Assembly: GCF_009914755.1 (NCBI RefSeq)
Contig: NC_060925.1
DNA: 64,000 nt
DNA from: the human T2T-CHM13v2.0 reference genome, Homo sapiens
Direction: 5' to 3' (one strand)
Part shown: in pieces, positions 29,038-42,980 of the stretch
Position numbering within the stretch: the first letter of the stretch is position 1
How the letters are laid out: every line of letters starts with the position of its first letter
Notes under the pieces: model-generated
Databases searched by the model: none
Seen by the model: the letters and a program-made list of their open reading frames with translations, nothing else
Told to the model about the DNA's origin: nothing
Made by a program: the position numbers and the translations under genes

Positions 29038-30173
29038 AACTCAAAATTACATCGAGATGCTAAAATTTTTTTTTAATGATTAAGGGGGCTTAGTTCAATG
29101 AAGATGAAAATAAGAATTGAGATGATGAAGTAAACACATATTAATATTTTTCTACTTATTGAAAAGTGACCTTTGGATATTTAGTGTTTTGAATATTTAT
29201 AATATTTAAGATAATGTGGAATATTATAGTATCTAATAAATTAGCCTTGAGATTCCAATTTTTAAAATGTGTAACAAATAAGTTATTTAGAATTGTGGGG
29301 GGAGTTGAGAGGAAAAACAATCAACATTTACTTGAGCTCTAATATGTTTTGCACATGTTTCTGTAAAAGTTTTCTAATTAAGAAGGAATTTTCATTGTAT
29401 CCTAGAGAAACAGTTCTAAATACTCTAAATTATCAGCATATTTTCTTGAAGAGAGTATGTTTTCATAATACTCCATGGCTTCAATATGATAATCTTAAAT
29501 CGATGACTCTTATTTTTTATGTTTCTCTTCCTTTTGGTTCTCCTTTTCCTCTTCATTTAATAATTTATACAAGCTCTCATTTTTCTGTTTAGTATAACAA
29601 AGAATAGAATAACCAAATTCAGTAAGCGCAAAAACCTTATCTCAGTGTTTAGAAAAATGCGCAGTGGTATGCACAGCAAACAACTTGCCAAATGCATTAA
29701 ACATTGAAGAGCAAAGGACCGTTAAGAGAAACAAGTATCATAACTAAGAGTGTCAGAACTCCAAGCCTCTGACAGGAAACTTCTTTGGTTAAAAACACGG
29801 CAAGCATTATTAGTAGCAGCATGTAATTATACCAGCCCACCTTGATGATGCTCTATCTATCTCCTAACCACTGATTTAGAGAAATCACAGCACATCTGTC
29901 TATTTTCATGACATGGCCTCATAAGTGACCAATTAAATAAACCATACCACTGGATGGTTGAGAAAAAAAATTGTTCAATAGAATTGTGGTTTGAAGTTAA
30001 AATTTATAAGAGAAATGTACTCAGTTTGTAAACATAATTGAGAATTTAATAGTCACCCTATTTATAAGTGCAAGTTATTTGATTTGTGATTACTTAAGTA
30101 CATGAGAAGATTTGTTAGACAATTTGCTGGAAAAGGAAATCAAATACAGTGCATTAAATTTAAAAATGCGGTT

Positions 30174-30621
30174 TATTGCGGCAATATTCATAATAGCAAA
30201 GACTTGGAACCAACCCAAATGTCCATCAGTGATAGACTGGATAAAGAAAATGCAGCACATATACACCATGGAATACTATGCAGCCATAAAAAAGGATGAG
30301 TTCATGTCCTTTGCAGGGACATGGATGAAGCTGGAAACCATCATTTTCAGCAAACTATTACAAGGACAGAAAACCAAACACTGCATATTCTCACTCATAA
30401 GTGGGAGTTGAACAATGAGAACACATGGACACAGGGAGGGGAACATCACACACTGGGGCCTGTTGGGGGGTGGGGGGCTGGGAGAAGGATAGCATTAGGA
30501 GAAATACCTAATGTAAATGATGAGTTGATGGGTGCAGCAAACCAACATGGCACATGTATACCAATGTTACAAACCTGCACATGGTGCACATGTACCCTAG
30601 AACTTAAAGTATAATAATAAA

Positions 30622-30654
<33 letters not shown>

Positions 30655-30662
30655 AATAAAAA
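30174..30662 (+). mobile_element. 5'-truncated L1PA (PA6/7-like)
   Basis: ORF2 C-terminus and 3'UTR with (A5T)n tail; 13-bp TSD taaaaatgcggtt (30161-30173) and taaaaatgcagtt (30663-30675). Confidence 0.95.
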
Positions 30663-31791
30663 TAAAAATGCAGTTGAAAATGTCTAGGAAATTTAATTAA
30701 CTAAGCTATTTAAAAATTCCCTTTTCAAAATATTTGTTAAATTTTCATTCTTGTAAACTTATATTTGGAAGTATTGTTTTAAACTGTAAGCATCTGAAAA
30801 GTCTTGTGTGTGCCTCCAAGCCACCCTCAAATACACTCCAAACCTCACATTGATACTCTCCTTTGGTTATACGAATCAGCCCAACTGAGCAGTACAAACA
30901 AGGAATTTTCCACAAAAGACAAGGATAGAGGAAATACAGAATATAAAATACTTTTGCTTTTGTCCCTGCCAACTTTTTATCCAGGGAAATTATTGTAATC
31001 TTTTCAAAGAGGTTTTTGAAATTTAATTGGGTCACTTTGGACCCTTGCAACTTCAAAGTTTATGCTCATCCTTGATATCTTGATAATATTTTGTTCTTAC
31101 TGGTTTGCCTGGCTCCTCCCTGCCGCCCTTTGGAGTGATTTTACCTGGCTCAGCCTACAAATGTTTGCCAGAATTCTTTTTAGAACTTTAGATTTTGGAA
31201 ATTTCTAACAGTCCTGATGGCAAATACATCAACAGATCTATCTGGCTGCTATCGTAGGAACATCTGCCTATATCATGCCTCTTGATAAGTGAGGATGGCA
31301 TGTTCACAGAGCTTCTTTCTTAACGAGTGCCACCAGATGTCACTCTTCTCCATAACTAAGATCAGTGCCTAGGGTATCCTTGCCTTCTCAAATCCTGTGA
31401 AGTCCTGGATTTGTGATCAAGTCTGTGCCATCCATGGGGAACAGTGTCGGCATCAACTGGACCTTTCAGGATCTCATTTAATCTCCAATAATGTACCTCC
31501 CAGATTGATCAACCTGCAATCTTCCGGAGTGTGCTCATAACTTTGTGTCTTTCTCTACCACCACTACTAGAACCCCCATGAGTTTTTCTCATTTATGGTA
31601 GCATATGACCTCTAATTGTGGTTCCAAAATTTGTTTAATGGCATGCCTCACAACAGTCATTCAGTCCCTACAAGGCCCTGTCTTAGGTGCTAGTATAGGG
31701 CAGGAGGCTACCTAGAGATTTTCTCCTTCTAGGAAAGACTCTAATTTATTGGGAAATTGGATATTCATGGAAGTTGTGGTTTGTTTTTTTT

Positions 31792-31875
31792 AAAAAAAAA
31801 AGAGAGAGAGAGGGAGAGAAAGAAAAGAAAGAAAGAAAGAAAAAGAAAAAAGAAAGAAAAGAAAGAAAAAGAAAG
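31792..31875. repeat. GA/GAAA-rich simple repeat
   Basis: (GA)n followed by (GAAA)n. Confidence 0.9.
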
Positions 31876-33559
31876 TCTGACCTGTAGGGAGTTATTTTTT
31901 TTTTCCATATCAATGAACTCACCTAATGCTCTAAGTCTGGTTCTCCATCCGAAATACCCAGGTCGAAACTGCATTATTTCCTCAATGGGCATTATTAAGA
32001 TGTCACAGTTTTCTTCACAATATCTCTAATTTTGTGCGGGATCGGGGGAGTATTTTGAGGAACATAATATGATGAGGATATATTCCTACTTATTTATGCC
32101 ATAAGCCAGAGTGTGGTAGTCCTAGTGAAAGTTACCTCCTTCCTAACTATATTAGAAAAGAAGAAATCTTATTGTACGACACAAAACTGAATTTCCTCAG
32201 TATCTTTTTTTTACACCTTTTCTCTCAAAAATGCATTCACCACAGCACCTATTACTTCCAACACACTTTAAAAATCTCTTTCAATATTCTAGTTTTCCTA
32301 CCTCTCTTCTTCCATTACCTCCTCTCCTATTTCTAACCTCCTCTCTTTTGCTTAAAATATTTTTCTTTTGCAGCTACTTCTGTGCCCTTTCTCATGGAAA
32401 TTAATCACTTCATTCTCAGCTTCTAGTTTTCTTCTTATTATCTCAATCATGTCCAGACACTGAACGGAGCAAGCAAAGATTTCTATTTATAAAGAGAAAC
32501 AGGAGAAAAGGCTGTATATTTATATTTATATATTTTTCTGGGCACAATGTGGTTAAATTAACAAAAGTAAGCATAAAGGATAAAATGCAATTGTAGTAGG
32601 TCATTTGGAAATAAGTATATTGCTCATGGCATTGAAAAATGGTAGTTTTTTAGCAAAATAATTTCACAATATATGATAAGATCTATTCAAATTCTTTCTG
32701 ACTCAGTAATCCCATTTTAGAAATATACCCCTAAGAGGAAAATAAATGTCAAAATCTACCAAGATGTTTGAAGCAGTGCACTGTGACATAAGGTAACAGA
32801 GGCTATCATAAACATTACATCTGATTTATAGCCAAAATCATTATAGAAGCTGTACACATAGGATGCAGCCACAGGATTTAAAGAAAAATAAAGTACTGCA
32901 AAACTGAGGCAAACCTGATTCAACAAATGATAGAGGGAATATGCCATGGCCTAGTTCTTCCCAACAGGAGTAACCCATCCAAAAGAATTATTTATAGATT
33001 TGTTTTGATAAGTCTTGGTAGCTCCCAATTCCCAACAAGGAATAGAAAGTAATAAGCTGGCAATCAGTGAGCTATCACCTTGGAAACTATGATATAAAAG
33101 AACTTTAAAAGTAAGATTAACTATTAATGGTTCTTAGCCAGTTTTTCTCTCTAAAACTTTTGATGGATATCAACTGCTCCAATCAGGCACCAACGCGCGC
33201 TGTAACTAGAGAAGTCTTTCTCAATTAATTGGATGTGGCAGGGATGGGCAAAGGTATATAGCAGGTGGAAGGTGAAAAAAAGAAGAAGAGAGCAAATTAG
33301 TCTCCCTGAGCTTCCAAGAAGACCAACACATTCCAACACATTTTAAAAAATCTGCTGCCTCCAGATTCTGATGACCAGCATTGATACATACCTTCAGGTC
33401 ACTTAACCCCACCCTGCTTCAGCCTTAGAGAATCTGCCTGCACTAGAATCAGAAGTTAAACATGTGTCCATGTGTCTCCAACACAATCTGTGGAGGAGAA
33501 ACACCCTTCTTAGCTGACAAAGGACAAAGTACAAAAAGTGTATATTTCCAGTCAGTGCT

Positions 33560-34192
33560 TCCCAAAGTTTTTCATATCATAATAATAATTTTTGGGCAAT
33601 CTGGTACAAAGTGGGGGATATTCAAAGGCCCAGGGGAGGATACTATAGTATAAGATTAATGGTCCAGGGATTTCAGCAGCCTCGGGCAACATCTCAATGA
33701 ACTAAAGGCCCAGGGAGTCAATATCTCAACGTGGTTCAGTGTGCCACAGTGTAACGAGAGTTAAGAATGTCTGTATAGGGGAGAGGGGACAAAGACCTAC
33801 CACAGCCCCAGTGACTTATTATAAGCCCTTTACTCTGATTCTATGTTCATTAAACATTCTAGTGTTTGGATTAAACACCACAACACAGGCTGTGGGAGGG
33901 GCAGATCGATTCTCTGTTCTTCCTCATTCTCATGGAATGCTCTGTGGCATGACTTCATTGCAACCTCTACAGAGAAGACTTTCCAGATAAGTGGTATGCC
34001 TGTTTTTGTGCCCTTGCTGTATTTCTTCATGACTTGATATGATCAAGACCAGCATGATAACGCTCCACATCTCCACTTTTCTCACTTCCCCTCTCTTTTG
34101 CCTGTATTGACTTGAGTATTTGCATTCCAAATAAAGTGTTAACAATTTAATCCGTCTCAGGCTCTGATTTCTAGAAAACTCAGACCAAAACA
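33560..34192 (+). mobile_element. Old ERVL-class LTR (LTR33/41/67-like); 5' boundary uncertain
   Basis: 3' terminus aataaagtg...tccgtctcaggctctgatttctagaaaactcagaccaaaaca. Confidence 0.5.
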
Positions 34193-34299
34193 GTCATTGC
34201 ATTCTCTTTGACTTTTTCTCTTTTTTTTAACCTAAGCTAATTTGAGTTTCTGTCACTTGCAATAAAGAATTCTAACCACTACAAGTCCAATATAAGTGT

Positions 34300-34515
34300 T
34301 TACCCTATTTTATTTGCTTATACACCCTATAAATTTCCTTTGAGGCACTTAACACAATTTTTAATATCTGTCTTCCTGTGTTAAATCATAAGCTCCATGG
34401 AAATAAAGATTATATATTTTCGTGCTTCACTCAAGAGTCAGCCTCTATAATAGAATTCAGCATAAAGTAGACAATGGATAAATACTCACATTTTTGAATG
34501 AGTAAATAAATGAAC
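34300..34515 (+). mobile_element. L2 3' end
   Basis: ctgtcttcctgtgttaaatcataagctccatgg...ttgaatgagtaaataaatgaa. Confidence 0.6.
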
Positions 34516-36219
34516 TAATTCTATTTGTCAATTATCTTGGTACCAAGAAAGTGGTATTGTGTATAGGTCAACCAAGTGTTCTGAACCTTGAAAGATATAC
34601 CCAATATATAAAACTTATAAATGAGTCTTCTGTGAGTCTGGATAATGAAAACTAATTCAATCATGTGAGATCAGTCATGGCACCAATACACTTAAGTTAT
34701 TAAATCTAAGACATACACAAATAATCTTCAGAAGCTATTAGCTCTGAGATTTGGAGTATGTCATTGAAACTCTCTGATTTGATATTTTCATTTACCAAAT
34801 GGTAATAATAGTAGTGTTTTCCTCCGCCCATCTTATTGGCAGTTTTGAGAATCAACACTTCAAATGGTGTGAATTCTATTTCTACCTGTGAAGTACTGGG
34901 TGGATGCTGTGATGTCATGAGAATGATTCCAATAGGCAGACAAAATATAAGGAAGTTCAAGCCTGACAGACACAGCAATAAAAAAGTGACTTGTAATATT
35001 TTTGAAAATTATTTTTCCATGTTGTTTATGACTTCATTTATTTTATTACTAAGAAGAACTTTAGCCATTCTTCATCTTACCAGCTACCTGGATATAGTGG
35101 TAGCATGGGGTAGGGAAGGTGATGCCTTCTTTAACATAGGACAAACTGAAGTATTTTTCTCTAATAAAACAGCAGTTCTTTTCCTACAATAAATTTTGTT
35201 TCTGATATTGGTTTTTAAACAGTAATTTCTTCATAGACATGTAAGCGGATCATACTGTAATGCTACAGTATAACCTCATTTTGTTTACTTAGCTATCTAT
35301 CACGTATATCTCACTACATCAAAAAATATTTATTTACTTCATATATAACTACATACTACTCCATTTTGTAAACATACAATAATTAATCCAATCAACTCCC
35401 TAACATTGACAGTGTTATTGTTTTCAGTTTTTCAGTATAATTAATACCCCAACAATGAACATTCTTTTGCAACCATCTTTGATGGGAAATTTTGGGCACT
35501 TTGATTTGGGGTTGAATGTAGGACACTCAGGTAGCTTAGACTTTTAAGTTAGGGATTTATAAACACAGAGACATTATATATAGCATCAAGCATTTAATCA
35601 GTATTTTTCTATGAAGAGAAAGCTGTAATAATTGCCTGAGAAGTATCTCTTTAAGAAATGATCCCTCATCCTGGAAATACCATCTACCTGATTACTAATG
35701 CCTCTCCTAAGGCATGCTTACCATCCCAGGATGGCAGTCTAAAAGTACATTTATCAATCTTAACCAATAATGGCCCTGGCTCTAAGATCGTCATGAGTAG
35801 TTTCTATACCAGTGAAAAGGGAAGAAGTAAAGGAACTGTAGAGCCCCTGGGCTTCCGCCTTCATAGATGGCCTCTCACAACTCAGAAATCTCCTTCCTTC
35901 TTCTGGGAAGCCACAGCAGCTTTATTCAGAAACACATAAGTTGTTCACTGGTTCTGTATCCACACATTTATTTCCTAGGGGTAGAGAAAAGGAAATGATT
36001 TCAACAGAGCCCACTGATATCTGCAAATCTAGTCTGGTCTCCTCTGCACATGCTATTCTTTGCCAGTAATTCATTTGTACTGTCTTCTCTCCTTTCTAGA
36101 CACACTGCCCTTTCTCGTTGGATCTAAAGTAATATGGAGCCTGATATAAGCTGAAGTGTGATCTCTTTGCAAGTGAGTGAAGTAAGAGTACAGTAAGATG
36201 GCACTCTCATGCCCTGATA

Positions 36220-36770
36220 GTATTCATTATTTGCACTTATAGTTACTGCTTACATATACCAGGCAACATGAGGCATGGGTGACATAACAGCAAGAAAAAG
36301 AGCAAGTCTTTGCACTTGTGTAGCTTAAATTCTAAAGGGGAAAGAAAAGATAAATAAAATATATAGTATTTCATGTATTGATAAATGCTGTTTTAAAAAA
36401 TAAAGTAGGTGGAGGAGAGGGTTACTTCCTATATGAGTTAATCAGGCAAGATCTCACTAACAAGATAAGAGTTGAGTAGAAATGTGAAGAAATGAAGGGA
36501 TGAGCTATATCGTTCTCCAGAGGGAACTTATTGCAGACAAAGGGAGTAGCCAATGCAAAGGCCCTGACGCAAAAGTGCACTAAGCATTTTCAAGGAATAC
36601 CAGGAAGGCTACTGTGGCTATAGCTGAAAGAAAAAAAAAAAAGCAGTAAGGAATGGGGTCCAAAAGGTAGCCTGGGTAGCCAGATAATGTAAGTAGGACC
36701 TGATCTGGAAGACTACTGTGAAACAATTTAGACTTTTACTCTAATATGAGATGGAAAATGATTGAGATGG
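36220..36770 (-). mobile_element. L2 fragment (host of the HERV-L insertion)
   Basis: gtagcttaaattctaaaggg...gcaaaggccctgacgcaa...caaggaataccaggaaggct...gacttttactct. Confidence 0.7.
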
Positions 36771-36920
36771 GGTGTTGTGATGGTTAATACTGAGTGTCAA
36801 CTTGATTGGAATGAAGGATGCAAAGTATCAATCCTGGGTGTGTCTGCAAGGGTGTTACCAAAGTAGATTAACATTTCAGTCAGGAGTGTTTCACCCCATA
36901 GGTGAAACACAGCGGAGGCC

Positions 36921-38214
36921 TGGAAGTGGTATGTATATGATCGGGCTTGAGTGGGCCCTGAAAGTACAAGTAAGTTACATGAGGAAGTGGCTCAAATGCC
37001 CATGGTCTACACTCCTGCCACCCTGCCTTCTCTCCCCCAGCCTGCACCAATGGCCTCATGGGCCATTCTCTATGATCAGTAGACAGAGAAAGAGAAGACT
37101 AGGGCCTGGTTCATAGATGGTTCTGCATGATACACAGGCACCACCCAAAAGTGGACAATGCAGCACTACAGCCCCTTTCTAGGACATCCCTGAAGGACAG
37201 CAGTGAAAGGAAATCTCCCCAGTGGGCAGAACTTTGAGTAGTGCACCTGATTGTGCACTTGGCATGGAAGGAGAAATGACCAGATGTGCAATTATATGCT
37301 GATTCATGTGCTGTAGCCAATGGTTTGGCTGGATGGTCAGGGACTTGGAAGAAGCATTATTGGAAAATTGGTGACAAAATTTTGGAGAAGAGGTATGTGG
37401 ATGAACCTCTCTGAGTGGTCAAAAACCGTAAAGACATTTGTATCCCATGTGAGTACTCACCAGTGGGTGACCTCAGCAAAGGCGGATTTTAGTAATCAAG
37501 TGGATAGGATGACCCATTCTGTGGACACCACTCAGCCTCTTTCCACAGACTCCCCTGTCATTGCCCAAGGGGCCCATTAACAAAGTGGCCATGGTGGAAA
37601 GGATGGATGTTACACATGGGCTCAGCAACATGGACTTCCACTCACCAAAGCTGACCTGGCTATAGCCACTGCTGAGTGCTCAATTCACCAGCAACAGAGA
37701 CCAACACTGACCCTTCAATATGGCATCATTCCTTGGGGTGATCAGCCAGCTACTTGGTGTCAGATCAATTATATTGGACCTCTTCCATCATGGAAAAAGC
37801 AGAGGTTTGTCCTCACTGGAATAGACACTCTGGATATGGGTTTGCCTATCCTGCACGCAATGGATCTGCCAAGGCAACCATCCAAGAACTCACAGAATTC
37901 CTTATGCACCATCATGGTATTCCACACAGCATTGCCTCTGACCAAGCCACTCACTTTATGGCTAAAGAAGTGTGGCAGTGGGCTCATGTTCATGGAATTC
38001 ACTGGTCTTACCATGTTCCCCATCATCCTGAAGCAGCTGGATTGATAGAATGGTGAAATGACCTTTTGAAATCACAATTACGATGCCAACTAGGTGACAA
38101 TGCTCTGCAGAGCTGGGGAAAAGTTCTCCAGAAGCCCTGTATGCTCTGAATCAGCATCCAGTATGTGGTACTGTTTTTTTCATAGCCAGGATTCGTGGGT
38201 CCAGAAATCAAGGG
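36921..38214 (+). pseudogene. HERV-L pol remnant (RNaseH and integrase), frameshifted
   Basis: Fragments WMNLSEWSKTVKTFVSHVSTHQ and HGIPHSIASDQATHF...HGIHWSYHVPHHPEAAGLIE (integrase core). Confidence 0.88.
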
Positions 38215-38700
38215 GTGAAAGTGAAAGTGGCACCACTCACCACCTCCACTAGTGATCCACTAGCAAAATTTTTGCTTCCTGTTCCTGCAACATTACATTC
38301 TGCTGGTCTAGAGGTCTTAGTTCCAGAGGGAGGTACACTGCCACCAGGAGACACAACAATGATTCTATTAAACTGGAAGCTGAGATTGCCACCTGGACAT
38401 TTGGGGCTTCTCCTACCTTTAAGTCAACAGGCTAAGAAAGGAGTTACAGTGTTGGCTGGGGTTATTGACCCAGATCATCAAAATGAAATCAGTTTACTAC
38501 TCCACAAGGAAGATAAGAAAGAGTATGCATGGAATACAGGAGATCCATCAGGACACCTCTTAGTATTCCCATGCCCTGTGATTAAGGCCAACAGGAAACT
38601 ACAACAGCCCAATCCAGGCAGGACTACAAATGGCCCAGACCCTTCAGGAATGAAGGTTTGGGTCACTCCACCAGGAAAAAAAAAAAAAAAAACAAAAACA
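38215..38700 (+). pseudogene. HERV-L dUTPase region, frame still open
   Basis: SAGLEVLVPEGGTLPPGDTT...LRLPPGHLGLLLPLSQQAKKGVTVLAGVIDPDHQNEI. Confidence 0.85.
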
Positions 38701-41700
38701 CAACCTGCTGAGGTGCATGCTGAAGGCAAAGGAAATACAGAAAGGGTGGTAGAAGAACTAGTAGTCATCAATACCAGCTATGACCACATGACCGGCTGCA
38801 GAAATGAGGACTGTAATTGTCATGAGTATTTCCTCCCTCTTTTGTTAAAAACATGTTTGTGCACGTATACACTTGCACTAAGAAAATATCTTGATTTTAT
38901 TTCCTTTTTCCTTTATCATGTGAGATATTTATTGACTTCATATCAGCATTTAAGTATTGTTAACTTTATGTAATAGTATTTGGGGATTGGTGCATTTCCA
39001 ATTGTACGAAGGATAGTTGTATTATATTACGTGTAATTATGACCTTATTATTGTCTTTATTTGAAGATTATGTATGATCTGAGGAGATGTGTATGGGTTC
39101 CAATTGTCAAGGAGTGGTTAATACTGAGCTTCAGCTTGATTGGATTGAAGGATGCAAATTATTGATCCTGGGTGTGTCTGTGAGAGTGTTGCCAAAGTAG
39201 ATAAAATTTCAGTCAGTGGGCTGGGAAAGCCAGACCCACCCTTAATCTGGGTAGGCACCATATAGTCAGCTGCCAGTGCATCCAGGATATGAAGCAGGCA
39301 GAAAAATAAATGTGAAAAGGCTAGACTGGCTTAGCATCCCAGCCAGCAGCTTTCTCCCATGCTGGATGCTTCCTGCCCTCAAAATCAGACTCCAAGTTCT
39401 TCAGCTTTGGGACTCAGACTGGCTTCCCTGCTCCTCAGCTTCCAGATGGCTTATTGCGGGACCTTGTGATCGTGTGAGTTAATACTACTAAATAAACTTC
39501 CCTTGATGTGTATATCCTATTAGTTCTGTCCCTCGAGAGAACCCTGACTAATACAGGTGTTGAAGACAAAGCTAACAAAATCTTTTTCAATCCATGTTCA
39601 ACTACCTGAGTAGAGTCTTAAAGTAAGATAATGTGTAATTGTAAAATTGTTTAATTAACCAATTTGACAAAATAGATTAAGAGCCTTAAAATGTCCAAGA
39701 CCAAACACTAATAAGAAATTGCAATAGAAAAAAGATCCTACAAATAAAATAGAAAAAAAAGTTAATGTATCTAGCAATAAGGCTAGCAAACCATTGAAGA
39801 ATAAACATAAAAAAATTTTATACTCTCATGAATAAAATAAGATTTAAATAGTAATGTAAACTCTATTCTTAGTCTAAATATTCTATGTATGTTAAATATT
39901 TGTGCATTTATTTACATGCATATTATATAGTAATTTATTTTTTATTTATTATGTATTAATTATTTACATTTACAGATTCATTCTGATTCCAACAAAAATG
40001 TAACCATAATTTTGGTCTTTTGTACTTGACAAGCCTCATTCTAAACTTCATATGAAGAAACAAACTTATAATGGTGATGAGAGAAAGTCTGAAAGAGCAC
40101 TTAGAAGTACAAGCCCTGCGATATATAACAGTGTATTTAAAATCATGGGAATTAACCCACAATTAAAGTTGAAGACTTCAAAAACCCCTTGTCATCAGTT
40201 GACAGAACTGCTAGACAGAAAATAAGTAAAGAAACAGAAGAACTGATAAACACTGTCAATCAACAGGATCTAACTGACATTTGTGGAACACAACACTAAA
40301 CGACTGCAGAATATGCATTCTTTTCAAGTAGTTATGAGACATACACCAAGATAGACTATTTTCTGAGTTATAAAACAAACCTTAACAAATTTGAAATAAT
40401 TGAAATCATGCAGAATATATTCTCTGATCATAACAGAAAAAAAACTAGAATAAATAACAGAAGAGTAACATCTTCAAAGAAGTGAAACTTAAACAACAAA
40501 CTAGCCTCAATGTCACAAAGAACGTTTACAAAAAATTTCAGCTAACATCATACTTAATGGTGAAAAACTGTTTCTCCCTTAAGATTGGGAACAAAACAAG
40601 GGTATCCACCCTAATCATTCTTATTCAATAATACTGGAAATTTTAACTACTGCAATAAGGCAAAAACCAAAAAGACTTGGAGGTTAGAAAGGAAAAAATA
40701 AAACGGTGTCATGTGCAAATGACATGATTGACTACATAGAAAATTCTAAGAATCTACCAAAAAAAAACCTCTTAGTGCTAGTAAATGAATTCAGTAAGGT
40801 CAAAGAATACAAGATTTGCCACAAAAAAATTAGTTGCATTTATGTATGTTGGCAACAAACAAGTGGAAATCAAATTTTAAAACACAACACTATTAATAAT
40901 TGCTTCAAAGAAAATGGGTATTAATCTAACAAAATATATACATAATCTATATACTAAAAGTTATAAAATGCTGCTGAAATAAATCCAAGAAAACCTACAT
41001 ACTTGGCAAGATCTATCGTGTTTATGGAATAGAAGACTCAGCATAAGAAAAATTTCAATTCTTCCAACATTGATCTATAGGTTTAACAAAATTGCTATCA
41101 ATATCTATGAAAGGGTTTTTGGTAGACATAGACAAGATTTTTCTAAAATTTGTGTGAAAAGGGAAAGGCTTTAGAAGAGCCAAACACAGTTTTGAAGAAT
41201 CAAGTGGAAGGAATCACTCTTCCCAGTGTTAAGGGTTGTTATATAGCTATAATAAATAAGACAGCATGAAATTGCAGAGGAATAGACACATAGACTGGTG
41301 GAACGGAATAGAGAACCCAGAAATAGACCCACAGCAATATGTCCAATTAATATTTGATAAATGAACAGAAAACTGAATGAGAAGGAATAGTCTTTAAAAT
41401 GACATTCACAGGCAAAAAAATGACCCTCAACCTAAGTCATACAACTTATACAAAAATTAACTCAAAATCAATTATGGAGTTAAATATAAAAGTAAAACCA
41501 TAAAACTTCTAGAAGAAAAGGTAGAATAATATGTTAAGGACCTACAGCTAGAAAAGAAATCTTAAAGTGATACTAAAAACACAATTCACAAAAGAAAAAA
41601 TTGACAACTTAGACCTCATAAAAATTTAAAACTTTTGCTTTGCAAAGGATACTGTTAAAATAATAAAAATGCAAGCTCCAGACTGGGAAAGAATATTTGT

Positions 41701-41808
41701 GAATCACATATTCAACAAAATACAAGCATCTAGAATATATTTTTAAAACCCCAAAACTCAATATGAGAAAAACGAAAAATCCAATTTAAAAATGGGCAAA
41801 AGACATGA

Positions 41809-42980
41809 TATAAACAACAAAGCACAGGCAACAAAACCAAAAGTAGATGAATGAGATTACATCAAACTAAAACTTACACCCAAGGAAACAACAGAGTGAA
41901 AAACAACATATGGAATGAGAAAAATGTCTGTGAATCATTCATCTGTTTAGGGATTAATATCCAACATATATAAGGAACTCAAACAACTAAATAGTAAGAA
42001 AACAAATAACTCAATTAAAAAATGAACAAATAATCTGAATAGACATTTCCCAAAAGAAGATATACAAATGGCCAAGAAGTATATGACAAGTGCTCAAAAT
42101 CATTAATCGTCACAAAAATGCAAATTAAAACCATAATGAGATATCATTCCACACGTGTTAGAATGGCTTTTATCAAAAAGATGAAAGATAACAAGTATTG
42201 GTGAGCATGTGGAGACAAAAGAAGCCCTCTACACTGTTGGTGGGAATATAAATTAGTACAGCCATTATGGAAAACTATGGAGGTTCCTCAGAAAATTAAA
42301 AATGGAACTACCATATAATCCAGCAATTCCACTACTGGATATATATCCAAAGAAAATAAAATCGGCACATTGAGGAGTTATCTGCACTCCCATGTTCTTT
42401 GCAGCTTTATTGATAATATCTGAATATGAAATTAACCTAAGTGTCCATCAGTGGATGAATAGATTTTAAAATGTGGTATAAATATACAATGGAATACTAT
42501 TCAGCCTTTAGAAAGATGGAATTACTATAATTTGCAACAAGATGAACCTGGAAGACATTTATTAAGTGAAGTAAGCCAGGCACAGAAATACAAATACTGC
42601 ATGATCTACTTATATATGAAATCTAAAAGAGTTAAACTTGTAGAATTGGAGAGCAGAATGATGATTATCAGGGTCTGGGTGTGGAGGAGGAGAAAGTTGG
42701 GGAGATGCTGGTCAAGGTATACAAAACTTCAGTTAGACAGAAGGAATAAGTTCAAGAGTTCTATTGCACAACATGATGACTATAGTTAATAACATACTAG
42801 TTTTTGAAAATTGCTGAGAAAATAGATTTTAAGTGTTCTCACCACAAAAAGGAGGTGAGATAATGCATATGTTAATTCACTTGATTTAGTCATTCTTCAA
42901 TGTACACATATTTCAAAACAACAAGTTGTATGCAATAAATACATACAATTTTTATTTGTTAATTAAAATAAATACACTCA
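41809..42980 (+). mobile_element. 5'-truncated L1MA inserted in the older L1
   Basis: L1MA-type 3'UTR (cagttagacagaaggaataagttcaagag...aagtgttctcaccac); flanked by a 27-bp duplication. Confidence 0.85.

Larger units (their letters stand above)
36776..39555 (+). mobile_element. Internally deleted HERV-L provirus with MLT2A LTRs
   Basis: 5' LTR stub at 36776-36883; RNaseH/integrase/dUTPase region; 3' LTR at ~39115-39555; perfect 5-bp TSD ggtgt at 36771-36775 and 39556-39560. Confidence 0.93.

Noticed and set aside
29050-30160. AT-rich stretch that might be an old DNA-transposon interior
   Set aside because: No terminal inverted repeats or transposase motif could be identified by eye.
30745-31056. 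Minus-strand ORF containing KGEYQCEV, like an Ig F-strand motif
   Set aside because: The rest of an Ig pattern is not correctly spaced and no exon boundaries support it.
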